From positions 8,351 through 72,350 of the forward strand of contig CAZABN010000002.1 of assembly GCA_964483345.1 (NCBI GenBank): a DNA stretch of 64,000 nucleotides. Direction: 5' to 3'. This DNA comes from an uncultured Solirubrobacteraceae bacterium. GTDB lineage: Bacteria > Actinomycetota > Thermoleophilia > Solirubrobacterales > Solirubrobacteraceae. The notes under the pieces were generated by a model. That model was not told the origin of the DNA. It saw only the letters and a list, made by a program, of their open reading frames with translations, and ran no database searches. The position numbers and the translations under genes were made by a program. Below are positions 57,557 to 64,000 of the stretch, piece by piece (within the stretch, counting starts at the first letter, position 1; each line of letters begins with the position of its first letter).

Positions 57557-58636
57557 GTGTCAATCGAGTACTCAGAAATTCTGCTCGAGGTCGTCGACCG
57601 CAATGCGTCCGACCTCCACCTGACGGCCGGCGCGCCGCCGATGCTGCGCCAGCGCGGACGGCTGCTCGCGCTCGACAACTACCCCAAGCTCACGCCGGAG
57701 GACACGCGCGAGTTCATCTACTCGATCCTCACGACCGAGCAGAGGCGTCGTCTCGAGACCGATCTCCAGCTCGACTTCGCCTACGTCGTCCCGGGCCGCG
57801 CGCGATTCCGCGTCAACGCGTACTTCCAGCGCAGCGCGGTGGCGGCGGCATTCCGCCTGATTCCCTCGCAGATCGTCCCGATCGACGCGCTCGGCCTGCC
57901 GCCGATCGTGCACGAGCTGACGCGCCGGCCGCGCGGCCTCGTGCTCGTGACCGGACCGACCGGCTCCGGCAAGTCGACGTCGCTCGCCGCGATGATCGAC
58001 GAGATCAACCAGACGCGCGAGGAGCACATCATCACGATCGAGGACCCGATCGAGTTCGTCCACGCGCACAAGCGCTGCGTGATCAACCAGCGCGAACTGG
58101 GCAACGACGCGACCAGCTTCGCCGCGGCGCTGAAGGCCGCGCTGCGCCAGGACCCGGACGTGATCCTGGTCGGAGAGATGCGCGACCTCGACACGATCAG
58201 CACCGCGCTGACCGCTGCCGAGACGGGGCATCTGGTGTTCGCCACGCTGCACACCCAGGACGCGCCGCAGACGATCGACCGCGTGATCGACGTCTTCCCG
58301 GCGGAGCAGCAGTCGCAGATCAGGGTGCAGCTGTCGGTGACCCTCCAGGGTGTCATCACGCAGCAGCTCCTGCCGACCGCGGACGGCGCCGGACGCTGCG
58401 CCGCGTGCGAGGTGCTCGTGCCGACGTCCGCTGTACGCAACCTGATCCGCGAAGGCAAGATCCACCAGATCCCGTCCGTGATCCAGACCGGCGCCGCGCA
58501 GGGCATGCAGTCGATGGACTCCGCGCTCGCGACGCTCGTGCGTGCGGGCCGCATCACCCAGGACCTCGCCCAGTCGCGCTCGTCCGCCCCCGATGAGCTG
58601 CGCCGTCTGCTCGGCGGCGTCGCGCTGGTCGCGTGA
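57557..58636 (+). CDS. pilT: Type IV pilus retraction ATPase PilT
   Basis: ASDLHLTAGAPPMLRQRG, GPTGSGKSTSLAAMID, VILVGEMRDLDT, TGHLVFATLHT and AVRNLIREGKIHQI. Confidence 0.92.
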   Translation: MSIEYSEILLEVVDRNASDLHLTAGAPPMLRQRGRLLALDNYPKLTPEDTREFIYSILTTEQRRRLETDLQLDFAYVVPGRARFRVNAYFQRSAVAAAFRLIPSQIVPIDALGLPPIVHELTRRPRGLVLVTGPTGSGKSTSLAAMIDEINQTREEHIITIEDPIEFVHAHKRCVINQRELGNDATSFAAALKAALRQDPDVILVGEMRDLDTISTALTAAETGHLVFATLHTQDAPQTIDRVIDVFPAEQQSQIRVQLSVTLQGVITQQLLPTADGAGRCAACEVLVPTSAVRNLIREGKIHQIPSVIQTGAAQGMQSMDSALATLVRAGRITQDLAQSRSSAPDELRRLLGGVALVA

Positions 58637-59856
58637 GCACCTACGTCTTCAAAGCGATGGACGTCGCCGGCGCGCCGCTGCGCGGCCAGGTCGACGCCGA
58701 GAGCAAGCAGGCCGTCTCGGACCAGCTGCGTGCGCGCGGCCTGGTGATCCTCGAGATCGCCGAGAAGCACTCCTCGCGCGAGATCAACATCACGCTGTTC
58801 GAGCGGATCACGCTCAGCGATCTGGCGATCTTCTCGCGCCAGCTCGCGACGATGGTCTCCTCGGGCATGACGATCCTGCGCGCGCTGTTCGTGCTGGAGG
58901 AGCAGACCGAGGTCAAGAAGCTCAAGGCCGTGATCGTCTCCGTGCGCAAGGACGTCGAGGCGGGCCTGGCCTTCAGCGTGGCGCTCTCGCGTCACCCGAA
59001 GGTGTTCAGCCCGCTGTTCGTCGCGATGGTCCGCGCCGGCGAGATCGGCGGCGTGCTCGAGGACTCGCTCGTGCGGATCGCCGACCAGCTGGAGAAGGAG
59101 GACGCGCTGCGGCGCCAGGTCCGCTCCGCGATGGTCTACCCCTCGGTCGTGCTCACCGTCGCACTGGTCGTGATGATCGTGCTGGTCGTCTACATCGTGC
59201 CCGTGTTCGCCGGTGTGCTCCAGCAGTTCGGAACCTCGGCGTCGGGTGCTCAGCTCCCGGCGATGACCCAGATCACCGTCGACGTCTCCCACGCGATCAC
59301 CGGCTACTGGTACGCCTTCATCGGCGGCGCTGGGCTGCTCGGCTTCAGCTTCCGCCACTGGAAGCGCTCCGAGACGGGGCGCCCGCAGTGGGACGCGGTG
59401 CGCCTGAAGATCCCGTTCAAGATCGGCGACATCGTGCAGAAGATCTCGATCGCCCGCTGGGCGCGCACCTTCTCCGCGCTCACCGCAGCAGGCGTGCCAC
59501 TGCTCGAGGCGCTCGACATCACCGGTCGCAGCGCCGGCAACGCGGTCGTGGCTCGCGTGATGAACGACGTGATCGACTCCGTCAAGCGCGGCGGCACGAT
59601 CTCCGAGCCGCTGAGAGAGAGCCAGGTCTTCCCGACGATGGTCAGCCACATGGTGGCCGTCGGCGAATCGACCGGTGAGCTCGACTGGATGCTGTCGAAG
59701 ATCGCCGACTTCTACGAGGAGCGCGTCGCGGCGTCGGTCAAGGCGCTCACGTCGATCATCGAGCCGGTGATGATCGTCTTCATCGGCGGCATGGTCGGCT
59801 TCATCGTGATCGCGATGTATCTGCCGCTGTTCAAGGTCTACAACCAGGTTCAGTAA
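58633..59856 (+). CDS. pilC: Type IV pilus platform protein (GspF/PilC family)
   Basis: Two T2SSF repeats and three TM helices. 4-nt overlap with pilT. Confidence 0.9.
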   Translation: MSTYVFKAMDVAGAPLRGQVDAESKQAVSDQLRARGLVILEIAEKHSSREINITLFERITLSDLAIFSRQLATMVSSGMTILRALFVLEEQTEVKKLKAVIVSVRKDVEAGLAFSVALSRHPKVFSPLFVAMVRAGEIGGVLEDSLVRIADQLEKEDALRRQVRSAMVYPSVVLTVALVVMIVLVVYIVPVFAGVLQQFGTSASGAQLPAMTQITVDVSHAITGYWYAFIGGAGLLGFSFRHWKRSETGRPQWDAVRLKIPFKIGDIVQKISIARWARTFSALTAAGVPLLEALDITGRSAGNAVVARVMNDVIDSVKRGGTISEPLRESQVFPTMVSHMVAVGESTGELDWMLSKIADFYEERVAASVKALTSIIEPVMIVFIGGMVGFIVIAMYLPLFKVYNQVQ

Positions 59857-59925
59857 GAACGTCGTTCACGATGAGGGTGGGCCCGGGGCGGTCCGGGGGC
59901 AAGTTGGGCGGTGCACGGTGCCGCA

Positions 59926-59946
59926 GCAGGTACCGGCGGTACCTGC
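59926..59946. other. Perfect 21-nt palindrome GCAGGTACCG-G-CGGTACCTGC (hairpin or operator)
   Basis: Ten of ten arm positions are complementary around a single central G. It lies 70 nt downstream of the pilC stop and is flanked by GGTGCCG direct repeats. Confidence 0.6.
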
Positions 59947-60026
59947 AAGGTGCCGGGTGACGATCCAACGCCACCATCCGGGCCGAATCCGGGCGTGCCG
60001 TCATCGTGAAAAGCCGTTCTGAGGAA

Positions 60027-60055
60027 GGAGCTGCCGGCTTTCGCCGGTCTGCTCC
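60027..60055 (-). terminator. Putative hairpin terminator downstream of rnd
   Basis: GGAGC-tg-CCGGC-tttc-GCCGG-tct-GCTCC is a composite stem. On the minus strand it sits about 30 nt after the rnd stop and is followed by a moderately U-rich tract (UUCCUCAGAACGGCUUUUC). Confidence 0.35.
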
Positions 60056-60087
60056 TGGCTGGATCTCGTCCGGTTGGCGCGACGGCC

Positions 60088-61260
60088 TCATTGGTTCGTG
60101 GCGCCCGTGTCCTGCGCGAGGATCGACAGGTGGCCGTCTGGGCTCACGGCGATCGTGCGTTCGCCTCTGAGCAGCGCCAGCAGCTCTTCGCCGACCAGCT
60201 CGCGGCGCCAGCCGGTGAGGGTGCGGACCTCGGGCTCGCGGCTGCCCGCGCGGGCGCAGCAGACGATCGCGGAGAGGTCGGCGCGCGCCGCGATCAGCTC
60301 GTATGCCAGGCCCGCCTCCAGCGCGCGGGCCCGCACGAGCGCCTCGGCCAGGGCGATCTGCGGCCCGTCGAGGACGCTCGAGGGATCGCGCCGCTCCGCC
60401 TCGACCGGGATCGGCTTGCGCGTGCTGCCGCGGGCGATCGCCGCGAGCAGCTCGGAGCCGCGGCGGCGCAGGCTGCCGGGGTTGACGCCGCGCACCTGGT
60501 CGAGCTGCTCGGCGCTGGCCGGCGCGCGCTTGGCCAGCTCGACCAGGGCCGCGTCATTGAGCACCGTCGAAACCGGTCTGTCCTGGTGCTCCGCGAGCTG
60601 CTCGCGCCAGCCGACGAGCTCGTGGGCGATCGCCCGGGCGGCGGGGGTGAGCGAGTTGATTCGCGGCAGCCGGGCGAAGACCGTCTCGACGTCGCGCGCG
60701 TCGCTGACTCCCTCGAGGTAGCGGCACTCCTCCAGCGCCCAGCCGAGTCGCTCGCCGGTTGCGAGCCGCCGGCGCAGCTCCGCGGCGAGGTCCAGCAGGT
60801 GCAGCACGTCCTCGCGCGCGTAGGCGAGCTGCTCGGCGTCGAGCGGACGGCGGTCCCAGCGCGTGTAGCTGGCGGTCTTCTGCACCCGCACGCCGAGCAC
60901 CTCGCGCAGCAGCGTGTCGTAGCCGGCCTGGGCTGAGAGCCCGGCGAATCCGGCCGCGATCTGCGTGTCGAAGATGCGCGTCACCTCTGTGTGGGCGCAG
61001 CGGCGCAGCAGCGCGATGTCCTGGCGGCCGGCGTGCACGACGACCTCGATCGCGGGGTCGGCGAGGAGCTGCGCGAGCGGCCCAAGATCGGTCTTTTCGT
61101 CGAGCGCGTCGAGCACGACGACCTCCAGCCCCTCGTCGTCGGCGACGACGGCCTGGATCACGCACAGCAGCGTGCGGTAGCGACCCTCGCCGACGAACTC
61201 GGTGTCGATCCCGAATCGCTGCGCGGCACGCGCGCGCCCGAGGAAGGCGCTCAGCGGCAT
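60088..61260 (-). CDS. rnd: Ribonuclease D (DEDD 3'-5' exonuclease + HRDC)
   Basis: FGIDTEFVGE..., VVVHAGRQDIALL, LAYAREDVLHLL and a C-terminal HRDC-like region. Its ATG overlaps the upstream kinase stop (TGATG). Confidence 0.88.
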   Translation of the reverse strand: MPLSAFLGRARAAQRFGIDTEFVGEGRYRTLLCVIQAVVADDEGLEVVVLDALDEKTDLGPLAQLLADPAIEVVVHAGRQDIALLRRCAHTEVTRIFDTQIAAGFAGLSAQAGYDTLLREVLGVRVQKTASYTRWDRRPLDAEQLAYAREDVLHLLDLAAELRRRLATGERLGWALEECRYLEGVSDARDVETVFARLPRINSLTPAARAIAHELVGWREQLAEHQDRPVSTVLNDAALVELAKRAPASAEQLDQVRGVNPGSLRRRGSELLAAIARGSTRKPIPVEAERRDPSSVLDGPQIALAEALVRARALEAGLAYELIAARADLSAIVCCARAGSREPEVRTLTGWRRELVGEELLALLRGERTIAVSPDGHLSILAQDTGATNQ

Positions 61261-62747
61261 CAGTCCTGCGCCCGGGGCAGGGTGAGCCGGAAGGTAGCTC
61301 CCGGCTTGCCGTCGTCGGCCAGCACCAGCGCGCCTCTCATCCGCTGCGCGAGCTCCGAGCCGATCGCCAGGCCGAGCCCGAAACCGCCCTCGTCGCTGCG
61401 CCGGCGTCCGCGCTGGAAGCGCTCGAAGATCAGCTCGCGCTCATCGGCGTGCACGCCCGGCCCCTCGTCGGAGACCTCGATCGTCGGCGCGTCGTCGGCG
61501 CCGATGCGCACCAGGATCCTCGAGCCGGGTGGGGCGACGCGCAGCGCGTTGTCGAGCAGGATGCGCACGATCCGGGCGACGCTACCAGGGTCGGCCTGAG
61601 CCCACGCCTGGCCGGCGAGCTCGTCGAGCGCGAGCGCCACCCCGCGCTCGCGCGCGCGTGCGTCGAACTCGGCCGCCACCGCTCGCGCCGTCTCGCCCAG
61701 TTCGACCGGCTCGCTGCGCAGCTCGAGCGCCGCGTCGAGCCGGCTGAGGTCGAGCAGGTCCGAGGCCAGTCCACCGAGCCGTCGCGATTGCTGCTGCGCC
61801 CGGGCGACCCGCTCGCGCGCATCGACGAGGTCGATCGGCTCGCGGGCGAGGTCGTCGGCGAGCAGCTCGAGCATGCCGTCGAGCGAGGTCAGCGGCGTGC
61901 GCAGCTCGTGCGAGGCGGTGGCGACGAACGCGCGCCGCGCGTCCTCCTGCTGGCGCAGTCGCGCATGCATCGTGGCGAACGCCCGCGCCAGCTCCCCGAT
62001 CTCGTCGGTCACCATCTCGTGCGGCACGACGAGCGTCCCGAGGTCGCGCTCGTCGAGGCTCCGGCTCGCATCCTGCAGCAGGCGCAGGCGGCGCAGCAGC
62101 CGCGACGAGAGGCCGATTCCGAGCAGCAGCGCGACGGCGAGCCCGACCAGCGCGGCGTCCAGGAACGCGGAGCGCACGACGCTGTCGGCGGTGTCGACGT
62201 CATTGACGGACTTGAACAGCTCGAGCACGTAGTACTTGCCTTTGACATTCGACCCGGCCGGTCCCTGGGCGCGGTAGCGCCCGGCAACCTCGAGCACGCC
62301 GTTGACCTCGGTGTGCAGCGGCGAGTTCCTCGCGCCGTGCGCAAAGGCGCGGACGGCGAGGCTGTTCGAGATGTGCGCGTCGCGGTGGCGGTCGGTCGCG
62401 ACGAACTGGACGACGCGGCCGCGGCTGTCGTGTACCCAGACGATCAGCGTTGCCAACGCGTTGCGATTGTCGATCCCGTCCGCCGTCGTATCGACGTTCT
62501 GCCGGTAGGGATGGCCGTTGGCTTCGACGAGCGGGATCACGCCGAGCTGCGTCTTCGCGCCGGCGAGCACGGCCTCGGTCAGGTTGAGGCTGTTCTGCCG
62601 GAGCTGCGACTCCAGCGGGGCCAGCAGCGTCAAGGCCGCCGTTGCGAGCGTCACGACGGCGGTCAGCACGAGCGCGCCGAGCAGGCGTGGCCGCAGGCCG
62701 AAGCGGAGGCGCGCGCGAGGGCCGGCCGGGTCTCTAGCCCTCCGCAA
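61260..62747 (-). CDS. Sensor histidine kinase (TM-periplasmic loop-TM-HAMP-HisKA-HATPase_c)
   Basis: H-box FVATASHELRTPLTSL, N/G boxes (LLDNALRV, DEGPGV, GFGLGLAIGSEL). Confidence 0.88.
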   Translation of the reverse strand: MRRARDPAGPRARLRFGLRPRLLGALVLTAVVTLATAALTLLAPLESQLRQNSLNLTEAVLAGAKTQLGVIPLVEANGHPYRQNVDTTADGIDNRNALATLIVWVHDSRGRVVQFVATDRHRDAHISNSLAVRAFAHGARNSPLHTEVNGVLEVAGRYRAQGPAGSNVKGKYYVLELFKSVNDVDTADSVVRSAFLDAALVGLAVALLLGIGLSSRLLRRLRLLQDASRSLDERDLGTLVVPHEMVTDEIGELARAFATMHARLRQQEDARRAFVATASHELRTPLTSLDGMLELLADDLAREPIDLVDARERVARAQQQSRRLGGLASDLLDLSRLDAALELRSEPVELGETARAVAAEFDARARERGVALALDELAGQAWAQADPGSVARIVRILLDNALRVAPPGSRILVRIGADDAPTIEVSDEGPGVHADERELIFERFQRGRRRSDEGGFGLGLAIGSELAQRMRGALVLADDGKPGATFRLTLPRAQD

Positions 62748-63444
62748 AGCGGTATCCGGCTCCGCGGACGGTGACGATCAGGCGCGGCTCCTCGGGTGTG
62801 CTCTCCAGCTTCTCGCGCAGGTGGCGGATGTGCACGTCGATCGCGCGTGGATCGCGGTAGGCGGAGTCGCCCCAGATCGCGCGCAGCAGCTCCTGGCGGT
62901 TGAACAGCCGGCCGGGCTCGGCCATCAGGCAGCCGAGCAGCTCGAACTCGGAGAAGGTGAGCCGCACCGGCTCGCCGGCGAGCGTCACCTCACGCTGCGC
63001 GCGGTCCAGCGTCACCGGGCCGGCGGTGATCCTGTCGCCGCCGAGTGCGCGCGGGGCCGAGCGGCGCAGAACGGCACGGATGCGGCTGCGCAGCTCGGCG
63101 AGTCCGAACGGCTTCGTGACGTAGTCGTCGGCGCCGGCCTCGAGACCCTGCACGGCGTCCGCCTCGCTGTCGAGCGCCGTCAGCATGATGATCGGCACGA
63201 CGTTGCGCCGTGCGCGCAGCGTGCGGCAGACGTCGTAGCCGTTGGGGCCAGGGCCGAGGGCGACGTCCAGCAGCACGACGTCGAAGTGCGACTCGCCGGC
63301 CAGCGCGATCGCCGCGTTGCCGTCGGCGACCGCCGCCACGCGGTGGCCCTCGCGCTCGAAGGAGTGCGTCAGCGTCTCGCGCAACGAGCTCTCGTCGTCG
63401 ACGACCAGGATCGAAAGGCTGGGTGAGGCGCCCTGCGCGTGCAT
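62734..63444 (-). CDS. OmpR/PhoB-family response regulator
   Basis: ILVVDDESSLRE...DVVLLDVAL... receiver domain plus a winged-helix C-terminus (LTFSEFELLGCLM...VHIRHLREKL...IVTVRGAGYRF). Confidence 0.92.
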   Translation of the reverse strand: MHAQGASPSLSILVVDDESSLRETLTHSFEREGHRVAAVADGNAAIALAGESHFDVVLLDVALGPGPNGYDVCRTLRARRNVVPIIMLTALDSEADAVQGLEAGADDYVTKPFGLAELRSRIRAVLRRSAPRALGGDRITAGPVTLDRAQREVTLAGEPVRLTFSEFELLGCLMAEPGRLFNRQELLRAIWGDSAYRDPRAIDVHIRHLREKLESTPEEPRLIVTVRGAGYRFAEG

Positions 63445-63456
63445 CTGCGTGTGAAG

Positions 63457-64000
63457 CTAGCGCGTTCCCAGCTCGTAGAGCACGTGGCTGTGGGGGAGAC
63501 CGGCGCGCCGCGATACGTCCGTGCCGTGCCTGCGCACCCAATCGGCGCCCGGCGAGCAGGCGGAGGTCTGCGCCCCGCTCGCAGGGTTGCAACCGCCGTC
63601 GAGCACGGCGAAGCGCAGCCGGCCGCTCGCGACCAGCGCGCGCAGCCTGACGATCGGCAGCAGCTCGTGGTTGTCGTAGGAGGTCAGCGAGAGAATCGGG
63701 CGGCGGTCGTAGAGGATCAGCGCTGCGACCTCGGTTGGGTCGGCAGCCGCGAACTCGTAGCGGGTGCCGGCGGAGCGGGCGTTGATGTAGCTGCTGATCG
63801 CGCGCACGTCACCCGCCCCCATGGCGCCGGTGCGCCCGCTGTCGAACTCGTGGTTGTGGATCAGGCTCGCGTCTACCTGCAGCGGCAGCGCCAGCGCGGC
63901 GAGCCCGAGACCGGCGGCCAGCAGCGGAACACGCACGCGCTCGCGGCGCACCAGCAGGGCGGCGGCGGCGGCGATCGCCCCGATCGCGGTGAGCTGCCAG
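63457..64000 (-). CDS. Partial CDS (5' end off-window): membrane protein with extracytoplasmic C-terminal domain, possibly a GT39/ArnT-like glycosyltransferase
   Basis: The frame stays open to the window edge (…WQLTAIGAIAAAAALLVRRER…, a TM helix upstream of the listed GTG). The C-terminal soluble part resembles the tail of ArnT/PMT-like proteins. The family call is tentative. Confidence 0.45.
   Translation of the reverse strand, partial: WQLTAIGAIAAAAALLVRRERVRVPLLAAGLGLAALALPLQVDASLIHNHEFDSGRTGAMGAGDVRAISSYINARSAGTRYEFAAADPTEVAALILYDRRPILSLTSYDNHELLPIVRLRALVASGRLRFAVLDGGCNPASGAQTSACSPGADWVRRHGTDVSRRAGLPHSHVLYELGTR

Noticed and set aside
59857-60087. A hidden pilin gene downstream of pilC.
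   Set aside because: The only ORFs here (for example MRVGPGRSGGKLGGARCRSRYRRYLQGAG) have no class-III signal peptide or hydrophobic N-terminal helix, and their codon usage looks non-coding.

Overview
Very GC-rich, gene-dense chromosomal segment; third codon positions are almost all G/C. It looks actinobacterial, possibly Thermoleophilia/Rubrobacteria-like, but that is inference only. I support about 60 protein genes and 2 tRNAs, mostly core metabolism and housekeeping. Many genes sit in tight operons with 1-, 4- or 8-nt stop/start overlaps.

Main blocks, left to right:
- H+-pyrophosphatase.
- APC permease fused to a USP domain, followed by two TrkA/RCK genes.
- tRNA-Gln.
- ABC-2 exporter with a HisKA_3 kinase and NarL-type regulator.
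- Heterodimeric ABC exporter pair.
- Membrane-anchored cupredoxin.
- hpnC-hpnD-hpnE squalene genes.
- Methylmalonyl-CoA-mutase-family catalytic subunit.
- EamA transporter, HemQ/ChdC, aldo-keto reductase and an ArsR+SRPBCC pair.
- A complete group-3b type [NiFe]-hydrogenase operon (hyhB, a stand-alone cNMP-binding gene, hyhG, hyhS, hyhL, maturation protease).
- MFS transporter, cytidylate-kinase-like protein and an alditol-oxidase-like flavoenzyme.
- Cytoplasmic hybrid PAS histidine kinase.
- A decayed TacA/TacT toxin-antitoxin remnant next to tRNA-Met, which carries a duplicated 3'-end repeat.
- hisS and aspS.
- An NRAMP-family transporter with magnesium-type (NRMT-like) site substitutions, next to a soluble PRC/MgtE_N/CBS protein.
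- A 1032-aa secreted S53 peptidase.
- An IscU-like::MnmA fusion.
- alaS-ruvX-mltG-aroE-pilB-pilT-pilC.
- OmpR-type regulator, kinase and RNase D in one coupled string.

I saw no CRISPR array, rRNA, transposase or integrase.

Most interesting leads:
1. The NRMT-like transporter paired with a split-off MgtE cytosolic sensor module.
2. The IscU-like::MnmA fusion, whose scaffold domain lacks the third cluster cysteine.
3. The cNMP-binding gene translationally coupled inside the hydrogenase structural operon.
4. The tRNA-Met repeat scar with the TacAT relic fused in frame to a histidine-kinase ORF.

All family calls come from reading motifs in the supplied translations. No database search was possible.
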